Source: Candidatus Heimdallarchaeota archaeon (GTDB taxonomy: Archaea > Asgardarchaeota > Heimdallarchaeia > Hodarchaeales > Hodarchaeaceae). From it: a stretch of 64,000 nt of DNA. The translations under genes and the position numbers were made by a program. The notes beneath the pieces were generated by a model that had not been told where the DNA came from, searched no databases, and saw nothing but the letters and a program-made list of their open reading frames with translations. Below, in pieces: positions 39,010 through 48,427 of this stretch; within the stretch, counting starts at the first letter, position 1, and each line of letters starts with the position of its first letter. Location: NCBI GenBank assembly GCA_011364965.1, contig RDOB01000001.1, forward strand, positions 64,001 through 128,000, in the 5' to 3' direction.

Positions 39010-39816
39010 TCAGCTCGCTAACTCTGCCTCACGTAAGTATTCGATTGCTGATTTAGTCCAAACTGTTAATCGCCCCGCATGAGTTCCAGGTGCAAGGTGT
39101 TCTGTATTTAAATGATCAACTATAACAACATCTACGCCAGGTATGTTTTTAGAAGCGTCCCTAATTCCTAAATCGGTACCAATCACAATAAGAACAGATT
39201 TACCGCTTTTGTATTTCCGTCCTCTCCTTTTCCCCTTTCCTGGCCGAATTTGGCTGTTTCGACGTTTAGCTTTTGCTATATCAAAAGCTAAACCCAGATT
39301 ATTAAGAGCAATTTGAACTTCTTGTGTTTTCTTTAGTGATTCAAAATCATTAGTTACAATTAAGGGAAGAGATTGAATTTCTTCAATTATATGTCCTCGT
39401 GATTCGACAAGCGTAGCATCTGCTGTTGCAGAGATTGCAGATTTTTTAGCGATAATTTTTTCCTTTTTATTAACTTTCTCTGTAAAATTTTGCTTTCCTT
39501 CCGGTGGGTGAGTTTGTCGTCCACCCACTACGAAAGGATTCAATGCACCTCGGCTTGCTGAATGTGTTCGTGAACCTTTCACCCTTGCTACTCGGGCTGC
39601 ACCTCTCCCTGCACCCCAACTTTCAGCAGTTGTTCTTTTCCCAGCTTGAGGGTCAACTCCGAAGGCAATTTGACGATTTCGGCGACTAGCTAAAACAGTA
39701 CGTTTTATTATATCAGGACGAAATGCTACGGTAAATATAGTTCCTGTGTCTATTTTCTCTTTTTCCTTTCCTTCTAAATCGAAAACTGAGACTTTTGTTG
39801 AACTCATTCTTCTCAC
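39010..39816 (-). CDS. rpl4: 50S ribosomal protein L4
   Basis: AESWG.GRG.ARV, RPGKGKRRGR, LAPGTHAGRL. Confidence 0.97.
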   Translation of the reverse strand: MRRMSSTKVSVFDLEGKEKEKIDTGTIFTVAFRPDIIKRTVLASRRNRQIAFGVDPQAGKRTTAESWGAGRGAARVARVKGSRTHSASRGALNPFVVGGRQTHPPEGKQNFTEKVNKKEKIIAKKSAISATADATLVESRGHIIEEIQSLPLIVTNDFESLKKTQEVQIALNNLGLAFDIAKAKRRNSQIRPGKGKRRGRKYKSGKSVLIVIGTDLGIRDASKNIPGVDVVIVDHLNTEHLAPGTHAGRLTVWTKSAIEYLREAELAS

Positions 39817-39824
39817 CTTTCAGA

Positions 39825-40823
39825 CTAATTTTTAGCAGTAGTACTAATGTAAGTAATTTGTAAGTCTTCTATATCTACCTTTTTGGGTCGAACTGGATCT
39901 CGTATACGAATTAAACGTTTTGCTGGCCCCGGAATACTTCCATGAATCATTACATGTTTCGAGACTTTACCATAACGTTTGAAGCCACTTACTGGAGTCA
40001 CTTCTTCTCCATCATCCCCTATTTTGAGAATCTGCTTGTTATATTCTGTTCTAGTAAAATATCCAAGCTGACCTGCTCTTGGGACAGTCCACATTACACG
40101 AGCGGGGTGCCATGGTCCAATACAGCCGACTACTCTACGCCCTTTTCGCTTTTTCCTTGGCATTATTTTTATTCCGTGTCTTTTCACTGGACCGCTGAAC
40201 CCTTTACCTTTAGTAACAGCATTTATATCAACAAAATCATTTGGGGTATAAATATCGTCCAAATTAACTTTCGAATCTAAATATTCAGCAGCATAATTAA
40301 AGGCCTCTTCAATTGATCCTCCAATTTTTATTTCGATGACATCAGGTGTTTTCTGTGGGAGTCCTGCTTCTCTTGGAGTTGTATGAACAAGCACACGAAC
40401 CTCGGAAATATCTACAAGAGCTTTCCTAGCTTCAGCGATCTCAGCTTTTTTGTTTAATTTCTTTTTAGGAAGTTTTATTCTACGTCCAAGATCTTTGTCA
40501 AGATTCTCTCCCCAGATCTGCTTCACTACTCGAATTGAATTTGTAATATCGTCTGTACCATATAATTGGATACTAAATATAGTAATTGGGGGTGTTTCAA
40601 CAATAGTTACTGGAATAAATTGTTCTTGTTTATAAAAAGGGGATCTCTTATCTGAATTGACAAGTGCAATGTGTGTCATCCCAGCTTTATAACCTATAAA
40701 TCCTAATAATCGGGGTTCAGAGGATTCTGGCCATGTTCTTAAACGGGAGGTCTGCTTGAGTGCTCTCTTTCTACGATAACCCAAAGATCCACGATGAGGT
40801 GCATGTTTTTTTCTATGACCCAT
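39825..40823 (-). CDS. rpl3: 50S ribosomal protein L3
   Basis: MGHRK..AP.RGSL, GYKAGMTH, TKGKG, IGPWHP; start ATG 40823. Confidence 0.97.
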   Translation of the reverse strand: MGHRKKHAPHRGSLGYRRKRALKQTSRLRTWPESSEPRLLGFIGYKAGMTHIALVNSDKRSPFYKQEQFIPVTIVETPPITIFSIQLYGTDDITNSIRVVKQIWGENLDKDLGRRIKLPKKKLNKKAEIAEARKALVDISEVRVLVHTTPREAGLPQKTPDVIEIKIGGSIEEAFNYAAEYLDSKVNLDDIYTPNDFVDINAVTKGKGFSGPVKRHGIKIMPRKKRKGRRVVGCIGPWHPARVMWTVPRAGQLGYFTRTEYNKQILKIGDDGEEVTPVSGFKRYGKVSKHVMIHGSIPGPAKRLIRIRDPVRPKKVDIEDLQITYISTTAKN

Positions 40824-41259
40824 TATAATTGCTCTCCTATTGTTATTCAACTACTTAGAAGGGAGTAGTAAAGAACTAGACTATAGATCAGTCTGTACTG
40901 TTTTGTACACGTCTGAGTGATGCTTTTTCGCTATGTGATTTAAATCCTCCGTACTCTTTCATCTACAGCAAATGAAGTATCTAGTAAATCCAATTACACG
41001 ATCTTCAAGCAATTTCAAGGATAAAGACTGTATAGGGTTTAATATGCCAACTTTCTCATTTGAAAAGCTAAGTTCAGTCAATTTGGGAGGTATTGCACAT
41101 ATATATGTTCTTTTTTTCCTAATTCAATAGGATTCTATCCCATATGGCACTTATATAATACCAAAGATTTCTGCTGATTTGACTTAATTTAAGGTTTAAT
41201 AGACATATCCCTATTCTTAAATCACAGAAATGAAATGAATCATCTGGAAACCGAGAAAA

Positions 41260-41904
41260 ATGAATCTAGAAATTAATAATACAGATGAGGAGGACTATAT
41301 TCCCAAATTAGAGTTTAATATGGATAATCTATACATTTCTATTTGTGATCCTCAAGCAAAAAGTATTTTTAATAATGGATACTTTGGCCAATGGACATCA
41401 GAAGCTGAAGATGAGCTCAAATTGGAACCAGAAGAGATACTTCTTCTTTTAGATAGAGCTCGAATTGAAGTATATCATTCAGAAAACGGAAACCTAATTT
41501 CCCAAAGTGAACTCGTAGCTCATTTTTCCAAAAAGGTTCAGAATTTCTGGAGCAGGTATCTCGTTTATAAAGATTTGAGAAACAGAGGTTACGTGGTTAG
41601 GATTGGAACACGAATAACAGCTCCTTTTCGAATATATCCGAGGGGTAGTAAACCAGGTGAAGCTGTCAGCAAAATTGTCGTGTTTCCGATGCCAGAAGGT
41701 GAGGATTTAAATCTTGATTTTCTTGATCAAATAGTTAAACAAGCAAAAATTGACAGAAAAAAGTTGCTTCTTTCTGTTATAGATAGTTTAGGAGATGTAA
41801 CATATTATCAGGCATCTCAATTAGAGTTAGAACCCAACGAACTCGAATATGAATATCGAGATGAACTCCGTGTGGAGGATCAAAACCTAGAGGAGGAGAA
41901 ATAA
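41260..41904 (+). CDS. tRNA splicing endonuclease structural (beta) subunit
   Basis: YLVYKDLRNRGYVV, D..GDVTYY; catalytic His absent (YPRGSKPGEAVS). Confidence 0.85.
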   Translation: MNLEINNTDEEDYIPKLEFNMDNLYISICDPQAKSIFNNGYFGQWTSEAEDELKLEPEEILLLLDRARIEVYHSENGNLISQSELVAHFSKKVQNFWSRYLVYKDLRNRGYVVRIGTRITAPFRIYPRGSKPGEAVSKIVVFPMPEGEDLNLDFLDQIVKQAKIDRKKLLLSVIDSLGDVTYYQASQLELEPNELEYEYRDELRVEDQNLEEEK

Positions 41905-43794
41905 ATGGAAAGATATGCAATTCTTTCAGATGAAAAAATATATATTCCAGACACATCTGTTATTATCAATGCAGGAATGAGAAAACTTCTGGAAAAGAAT
42001 AAAATTGAAGCAGACTCTAAAATAATTCTCCATGCTTCTTTAATCTCAGAATTAGAGCATCAAGCAAATGAGGGAGAGAAAACGGGAATTACTGGTTTAA
42101 ATGAACTTATTCATCTACGAGAGATTTGTAAACATAGGAATATAGAAATTGAATATGGAGGTCGTCGTCCAAGGCTTTCAGAGATTAAAAGGGCTCATAG
42201 TGGGGAGATTGACGCGATAATTCGAGATTTTGCATATGAACAGAATGGAATTTTGATAACCTCTGATACTGTTCAGAATCTGAGCTCTAAAGCAATTGGA
42301 ATAGAGACATTATTTGTGCCAAGTAAGCGTCTAGATCCGAGTACGAAAAGTTTAAGGATAGAAGAGTATTTCGATAACGAAACAATGAGTATTCATTTAA
42401 AACAGGGAGTTCCAGCTTATATTAAGCGAGGAAAACCAGGAGAAGTCAGGTTTGAAAAATTTTCCGATGAAATCCTTTCCAAAGAATTCCTTAAAAAACT
42501 TGCATACGAAATAACCGAGAAAGCACAAATTTTTGAGAATACTTTTATCGAAATTGACCGACCAGCCTCCACAATCATTCAATATGAAAACATTAGAATA
42601 GTTGTTTCCAAACCACCTTTTGCAGATGGATGGGAAATCACTGCTGTAAAGCCCCTAGTAAAATTAGCTATAACTGATTACAATATATCTAATAACCTCT
42701 TCAAACGGCTAGAAGAAAAAGCAGAAGGAATATTGGTAGCTGGAAGTCCCGGCACAGGAAAAACAACATTTGCTAGAGCATTAGCACTCTTCTATCAAGC
42801 TAAATCAAAGATAATAAAAACGATTGAATCTCCTAGAGATCTCGATTTAAACGCAGAAATTACTCAGTATTCAAAAAATTTTGGTACACACTCGGAGATT
42901 CAAGATATTCTCCTGCTATCAAGACCCGATTATACCATTTTTGATGAAATTCGCGATACTGACGATTTTAAGTTATATACAGATCTGAGACTTGCTGGGA
43001 TTGGTTTAGTAGGCGTAATTCACTCAAGTACAGCAATTGATGCTATCCAAAGATTTATTGGAAGATTAGAGCTAGGTGTTATCCCCAGTGTACTTGATAC
43101 CATAATCTATATTGACGCAGGAAATATAGCACAGGTATTAGAAGTTAAAATGACAGTAAAAGTACCTGCAGGGTTAGTTGAAAGTGATTTAGCAAGACCT
43201 GTTGTACAAGTGCGAGATTTTGAAACTGGTGAACCAGTTTATGAAATGTATACCTTTGGGGAGCAAACAGTAGTAATTCCATTGAATGAGGATGTTATTA
43301 AAGACTCTGAATTGAGACCTCATCTTCAAAAGAATATTGAAGAAGCTATCCAACAGTTCGCCTCAAATCCTATATCTCTTGTCCCAAAAGATAAATATGG
43401 TCGCAGATACGAGGTGAAATGTGCTTCTTCAGACATTCCTTTCATAGTAGGAAGAGGAGGGGAGAATATAAAAATGATAGAAGCAACTTTTAACGTAAAA
43501 CTTGACGTAGATAAATCTGGTACGAATATGGGGAGTTCGGAACTCAATTTACTGCGATCTGAGATGATATCTGGAAAGAAAAGAACTCTTGTAATTAATT
43601 TCCCGAGGAAATGGAGAAACACAAATATAGAATTTTCTTTAAACAATTCTTCTACAGGACAAAATTTGCCGATTTTTGTAGCAACAACTTCGAAGAGCTC
43701 TAAAATTAAGATATCTGCCCGAAGTGAGGTAGGTCATACAATTTTAAACAGTCTAGAAGAAGGTTCAGAAAAAATCTACTGGAAAGTTGTTTAA
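41905..43794 (+). CDS. PINA-type PIN domain + PilT/VirB11 ATPase + KH domain protein
   Basis: PDTS, ELEHQAN, GEIDA (PIN); GSPGTGKTT, ESPRDL, RPDYTIFDEIR; IVGRGG KH. Confidence 0.92.
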   Translation: MERYAILSDEKIYIPDTSVIINAGMRKLLEKNKIEADSKIILHASLISELEHQANEGEKTGITGLNELIHLREICKHRNIEIEYGGRRPRLSEIKRAHSGEIDAIIRDFAYEQNGILITSDTVQNLSSKAIGIETLFVPSKRLDPSTKSLRIEEYFDNETMSIHLKQGVPAYIKRGKPGEVRFEKFSDEILSKEFLKKLAYEITEKAQIFENTFIEIDRPASTIIQYENIRIVVSKPPFADGWEITAVKPLVKLAITDYNISNNLFKRLEEKAEGILVAGSPGTGKTTFARALALFYQAKSKIIKTIESPRDLDLNAEITQYSKNFGTHSEIQDILLLSRPDYTIFDEIRDTDDFKLYTDLRLAGIGLVGVIHSSTAIDAIQRFIGRLELGVIPSVLDTIIYIDAGNIAQVLEVKMTVKVPAGLVESDLARPVVQVRDFETGEPVYEMYTFGEQTVVIPLNEDVIKDSELRPHLQKNIEEAIQQFASNPISLVPKDKYGRRYEVKCASSDIPFIVGRGGENIKMIEATFNVKLDVDKSGTNMGSSELNLLRSEMISGKKRTLVINFPRKWRNTNIEFSLNNSSTGQNLPIFVATTSKSSKIKISARSEVGHTILNSLEEGSEKIYWKVV

Positions 43795-43802
43795 AATTGA
43801 GG

Positions 43803-44522
43803 CTAATATCCTGTGATTTCACCAGAGAATTTTCCGACGATAACTCTATCTGCAGGATTACCAAAGATCCCATTTTCGATTACTCCTGGAATCTCATTTA
43901 TCTGTAATTCGAGATTATGAATTTCATTTGGTGATAAATCAGAGGAGAATAATTTTATATCTACGATATATCCAAAATTGTCACTTATCACAGGACCTAA
44001 TTTTTTTGTTCCTTGTCGTAGACTAACCGCTCCGAATTTCTTCAATAACTCAATTGTTCTCCGCCATCCAAAAGGCAGTATTTCTACTGCGACAGGAAAA
44101 TTTCCTAAAGCAGGAACAACCTTGCTTTCATCAACTATCAAGATGAATTGTATAGATGAATTTCTTACCAGTTTTTCTCGAGTTAAAGCTCCACCTCCTC
44201 CTTTTATGGCCTGTTTTTCTGGGTTTACGCTATCAGCTCCATCAATTGTAATGTCTAGATCAAATTGAGGAAGATCAATAATTTGATGACTGGATTTAGC
44301 AAGAGAGTTTTGAAGATGAATTTTAGTATCTAATGAAGTAGGTACGATCTTCAAATTTCTTAATGCACTTTTATTTAGATAGGAAATTAAATATCGTACT
44401 GTAGTTCCGCTACCAACCCCAATATTCATGTTAGAGGATAAAAAATCGAGAGCTGCTTTCGCAGCAGCTTTTTTTGCAGCAGTTACATCCAAATGGGAAA
44501 TGATTATCTCCCTCGTAGACAA
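43803..44522 (-). CDS. rpiA: Ribose-5-phosphate isomerase A
   Basis: GVGSGTT, DGAD, KGGGGALTREK. Confidence 0.96.
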   Translation of the reverse strand: MSTREIIISHLDVTAAKKAAAKAALDFLSSNMNIGVGSGTTVRYLISYLNKSALRNLKIVPTSLDTKIHLQNSLAKSSHQIIDLPQFDLDITIDGADSVNPEKQAIKGGGGALTREKLVRNSSIQFILIVDESKVVPALGNFPVAVEILPFGWRRTIELLKKFGAVSLRQGTKKLGPVISDNFGYIVDIKLFSSDLSPNEIHNLELQINEIPGVIENGIFGNPADRVIVGKFSGEITGY

Positions 44523-44524
44523 GC

Positions 44525-46183
44525 TTACTCTTCTTTGAATATTTCCCTCAATCTACGTAGTTCTTTCAACATTTCACCTCTTAATTCAGCAATGCTTGTA
44601 GATCTTGCATCAGCAATCAAATCCAGAGGTGATTTATCAGGGGCTGGAGGGGCTACAGAAGGGCTAGGTGCTGGGGGAGGTGTAATACTTGGACTAACTG
44701 AGGGAATTGTTGGAGGAGGAGTGGGAATAGCTTTGGGAGGCGGAGTGGGGGGAGTAACAGGTGTTGAAGGAGGGGGTGAGGGAGCTACGGTAGGTTGCAT
44801 AGCAACAGGTGCTTCTTGTGTATCACTTAGAGCTGCAGCAAATAATGATTCGACATCTTTAGATGCAGGAATCGCACTTTTCTTCCGATACCCTTCTAAT
44901 TGAGCTTTAACAGTACGGTGTTGATCTTGATAATATTTTATGAGGGATTCATACACCCTTGGTCTTAGCTTGTCTTTTCTCGCTGCTTCCTTGATATGCT
45001 TTATCATCGCGTCATTAGACCGATTAATTAGTTCTAAGTAGAATACCATTTCACCAGCATTAGCATCAATATCTGGGATGGATGCTCCACTGGGCAATCC
45101 GCCTAAAGAATCACCTGATTCTTGTGTTTCAAAATAAGCAACGGAACATACAAAAACTAATCCAACCATCGTGATTGCCATCCCATATATATACAGAGAA
45201 TCCCAAGGTAATCCAAGATTTAGAAAACTCAAACCTTCAGCAAGTTCAGGGGAATTAGGAAGTACTAAAACAAGAGAAGTTATAACAACTATAATTCCGA
45301 TAATAAAAATAAAAATCCAGAAAATTTGTATCTTCTTTAAGATTCCATAGGAGTTTTCATTACCCCCAAGTAATGCTAAACCTAAAATAAATACGAAACA
45401 GCCAAATAGAAAGACAATTTGCCAATCTATCCCCAGTGAATCCGAAGGTATTATTCCTAGGTATAACATTAGCGAAAGGAAAAATAGAATGAAACCAACA
45501 AGAGCTACTATTATCCAGAGTATCTTTAATTTGGAAAGAAGGTTTTGATAATTATAGCTTGAAGTAACAAATAAAGGTAAGATACCAATGAAGAGTATAA
45601 CGCCACCAATGATTCCAAAGAGTAACCAATCGAAACCGAGATCAATAATCTCAAGTGCGATAAAGGAACTTGCTAAAATCAAAAATATACCGATTAAAGT
45701 CAATACCATGAAAATTATTTTGAAATCCCACACTCTTTCCTTATCTTGAATACTAAATACGATTGGAGAAAACCCAAATATTATCAGAAAGGTTGAAATT
45801 ATCAAATAGTCAAACCAAGAATGTAGAGGGTCTAAAGGTGCCATACTTCCTGTATAAACCAAAAATGAGTAAATGAGGATCAGAATTCCTAAAGACACAA
45901 GTAAAATTAAATGAAAGTAGATTTTTTTAACTCCTTTTTTTGTTGGAGGATCAAAAACGGCAAAAACTGGGAAAAAACCAATTACCATTAGGAAGAAGCT
46001 AAATGCAAGCACAATACGATAGTTAAAACCTAGAAATAGCCGATCCCAAGTAACAGGAACTCTTAAATAATATACATATGAGGCTAATCCACTGAAGAAT
46101 AAAATCCCAATAATAAAGAGCAATATACCAAGACCAGAGAGAGTCAAAAGAATCCTTGATGATTTTACAACCGTATTTCTCAA
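44525..46183 (-). CDS. Multi-pass membrane protein with repeated TM hairpins and a polyproline + WH2-like C-terminal tail
   Basis: ~10 TM helices in ~5 repeats with recurring W at the second helix; then helical domain, PPPP/PTPPP tracts and IADARSTSIAELRGEMLKELRRL. Confidence 0.8.
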   Translation of the reverse strand: MRNTVVKSSRILLTLSGLGILLFIIGILFFSGLASYVYYLRVPVTWDRLFLGFNYRIVLAFSFFLMVIGFFPVFAVFDPPTKKGVKKIYFHLILLVSLGILILIYSFLVYTGSMAPLDPLHSWFDYLIISTFLIIFGFSPIVFSIQDKERVWDFKIIFMVLTLIGIFLILASSFIALEIIDLGFDWLLFGIIGGVILFIGILPLFVTSSYNYQNLLSKLKILWIIVALVGFILFFLSLMLYLGIIPSDSLGIDWQIVFLFGCFVFILGLALLGGNENSYGILKKIQIFWIFIFIIGIIVVITSLVLVLPNSPELAEGLSFLNLGLPWDSLYIYGMAITMVGLVFVCSVAYFETQESGDSLGGLPSGASIPDIDANAGEMVFYLELINRSNDAMIKHIKEAARKDKLRPRVYESLIKYYQDQHRTVKAQLEGYRKKSAIPASKDVESLFAAALSDTQEAPVAMQPTVAPSPPPSTPVTPPTPPPKAIPTPPPTIPSVSPSITPPPAPSPSVAPPAPDKSPLDLIADARSTSIAELRGEMLKELRRLREIFKEE

Positions 46184-46718
46184 TTCAAGCGTTCTCCTAA
46201 GAGATTATGGTTGAATAACCGTCCACGAGGTTATTTGCGTGATTTACATTTATTTTGTTATTATTAACGTGTATTTCAACCGTTTTATATTACTATGATA
46301 ATTTCGAACGAATCCTTTTAAAATCTAGTGGAATCTAAGAAATATCCCATCCATTCTTTTTATACTCCAATTCCATGTTTTAGGCGTTTATTAAGAAGAA
46401 AGAGTGTTTTTTCACTAAAAGTACTTAAGGAATTTATTATTACTCTCATAAAAGGTGAAATCATTCAAATTTTCCCTCTAAAAAGAAAATTGACCTGAAA
46501 TTGAATATTATTACTTGAACCTATGTGTTATATTGCAAACACCATATAAGAGTGTAATTGGACTTAAATAACTACAAATGAATAATTTAAAGCAACAAAT
46601 AGTTCTATTGGTTTTCTTTTTGATAATTAAATAGTCAATTTGACTAAGAAAAAATAAAAAATAAAATGATAAGAGGAAATTGCAAGTTGAATCTAGTCTA
46701 AAATATATTTGAATATTT

Positions 46719-46833
46719 GCCGAGGTATTCTAGTCCGGTAGGAAGCATGCCTGGAACGTTACTGTAAGGAAATCTTCATACATCAGGCAGCATGTGCTCT
46801 CTGAGCTCAGGAGTTCAAATCTCCTCCTCGGCG
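46719..46833 (+). tRNA. tRNA-Ser(GGA) with 32-nt canonical intron (46757-46788)
   Basis: GCCGAGG...CATGC CTGGAA[intron]A GCATG, long variable arm, GTTCAAATC, CCTCGGCG; CTGG/TCAG helix with AA|C and GC|A bulges. Confidence 0.93.
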
Positions 46834-46984
46834 TTCAATTTACTATAAACAGAGAACATTTTGCAAAGCAAAAATCTAGTAATTAAAAGAAAATAAGACG
46901 CATAATGATAATATAGGTTCACTAAACTCCTTGAAAAATAGAGTAGAATGAATAAACTCGTACTAAAATGGTGGGAATACCGCT

Positions 46985-47431
46985 TTGGAATATAATCATC
47001 AATTAAGAATAGCAGGGGCCGATTGTAGAGGAGACTGGCTAGTCGCACACGCCCTCACGAAGATAAAAGGTGTCGGATATCGATTATCGGAGCTTATTTG
47101 CGAAAAAGCGGATCTGGATCCCGAAATGCGTTGTGGATTTTTAACTGAGGAAGAAATTCAGTTAATTGAGGATATTTTATCAAATTGTCCTGCATTTGGG
47201 ATTCCAGCATGGATGTTGAATCGACAAAAAGATGTCGAAACTGGAGAAGATTTCCACATAATTAGTAGCGATTTAATTGATACATTAAGATTAGATATAG
47301 AACGAGAGAAGAAAACTCGTTCTTATAGGGGGATACGTCACTACCTCGGTCTACCAGTTCGTGGACAAAGAACCAAAACATCGGGACGGGGTGGCGCAAC
47401 GATAGGAGTATCAAAAAAGAAAAAGGCTTAA
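46985..47431 (+). CDS. rps13: 30S ribosomal protein S13
   Basis: IKGVG, IPAWMLNRQKD, YRGIRH..GLPVRGQRT. Confidence 0.98.
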   Translation: MEYNHQLRIAGADCRGDWLVAHALTKIKGVGYRLSELICEKADLDPEMRCGFLTEEEIQLIEDILSNCPAFGIPAWMLNRQKDVETGEDFHIISSDLIDTLRLDIEREKKTRSYRGIRHYLGLPVRGQRTKTSGRGGATIGVSKKKKA

Positions 47432-47454
47432 TTGTATATTAGAGGCGAAATTCA

Positions 47455-48012
47455 ATGGGTGATCCGAGGAGATTACGTAAAAAACTTGAAGGTCCAAGAC
47501 ATCCTTTTAATAAAAGTCGATTTGAAGAAGAAATGCTTTACATGGGTCGATATGGATTACGAAATAAAAAAGAAATATGGAAAGCCCAAACAATGCTTAG
47601 AAAGTACCGAGCTCGCGCGCGAGCATCCCTAGCTTTATCTGAACAACAACGGGAAGAAGAAAGGAAAATACTTGTCAAAAAACTATATCGATTGGGAATT
47701 ATGCCAACAGAAGACGGTCCAACAGATGAAGTTCTATCACTTTCTGTTGAACAATTTTTAAAACGAAGACTTCAATCTCTTGTGTATGAATTAGGATTAG
47801 CAGGCTCCCCTTGGCAGGCACGACAGATGATAAACCATGGACATATTTCAATCCGAGGTCAGAAAGTTACCTCACCAAGTTACCATGTGATTAGAGGGGA
47901 AGAAGAAGAGATTAGTTATTCGCCTAGTTCAGTATTCAACGATCCAGCTCATCCTGGTCTTGCTATGGTTGCCTCAAGTACTCCTCATGCTGAAACGAAA
48001 TCTGATGAATAG
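47455..48012 (+). CDS. rps4: 30S ribosomal protein S4
   Basis: [27 protein letters not shown]. Confidence 0.98.
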   Translation: MGDPRRLRKKLEGPRHPFNKSRFEEEMLYMGRYGLRNKKEIWKAQTMLRKYRARARASLALSEQQREEERKILVKKLYRLGIMPTEDGPTDEVLSLSVEQFLKRRLQSLVYELGLAGSPWQARQMINHGHISIRGQKVTSPSYHVIRGEEEEISYSPSSVFNDPAHPGLAMVASSTPHAETKSDE

Positions 48013-48022
48013 GGTGAATCAT

Positions 48023-48424
48023 ATGTCGAAAAAAGTTCAAACTCCAACAATAGCTATCGCGCACATTTTGAGTTCCTATAACAATACTATTATTACACTT
48101 ACAGATATGACTGGCGCAGAAACAATTGTAAAATCCTCAGGCGGCCAAGTGGTTCGTGCTGACAGAAATCAATCCTCTCCGTACGCTGCAATGAAAGTAG
48201 GACATGAAATAGCAAGAATTGCTAAAGAACGAGGTATTAAAAGAATTGTAGTCAAAGTTCGTGCCCCAGGTGGTTCAGGCGCACGAAATCCAGGTCCTGG
48301 AGCGCAAGCTGCAATTCGAGCACTAGCTCGGTCGGGTCTGCAAATAACACGAATTGAAGAAGTCACTCCTATCCCCCATGATAGTACCAGACAACGCGGT
48401 GGAAGACGAGGAAGACGAGTATAA
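48023..48424 (+). CDS. rps11: 30S ribosomal protein S11
   Basis: SSYNNT, SSPYAAM, PGPGAQ, TPIPHD...GRRGRRV; start ATG 48023. Confidence 0.98.
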   Translation: MSKKVQTPTIAIAHILSSYNNTIITLTDMTGAETIVKSSGGQVVRADRNQSSPYAAMKVGHEIARIAKERGIKRIVVKVRAPGGSGARNPGPGAQAAIRALARSGLQITRIEEVTPIPHDSTRQRGGRRGRRV

Positions 48425-48427
48425 TTC

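Noticed and set aside
44493-44903. Gly-rich 136-aa plus-strand ORF
   Set aside because: Antisense shadow of the polyproline codons of the minus-strand membrane protein
46184-46718. 535-bp gap as a possible hidden gene
   Set aside because: Very AT-rich, no ORF of 60 aa or more and no convincing structure; likely divergent promoters
47432-47632. 66-aa ORF
   Set aside because: Out-of-frame overlap with rps4
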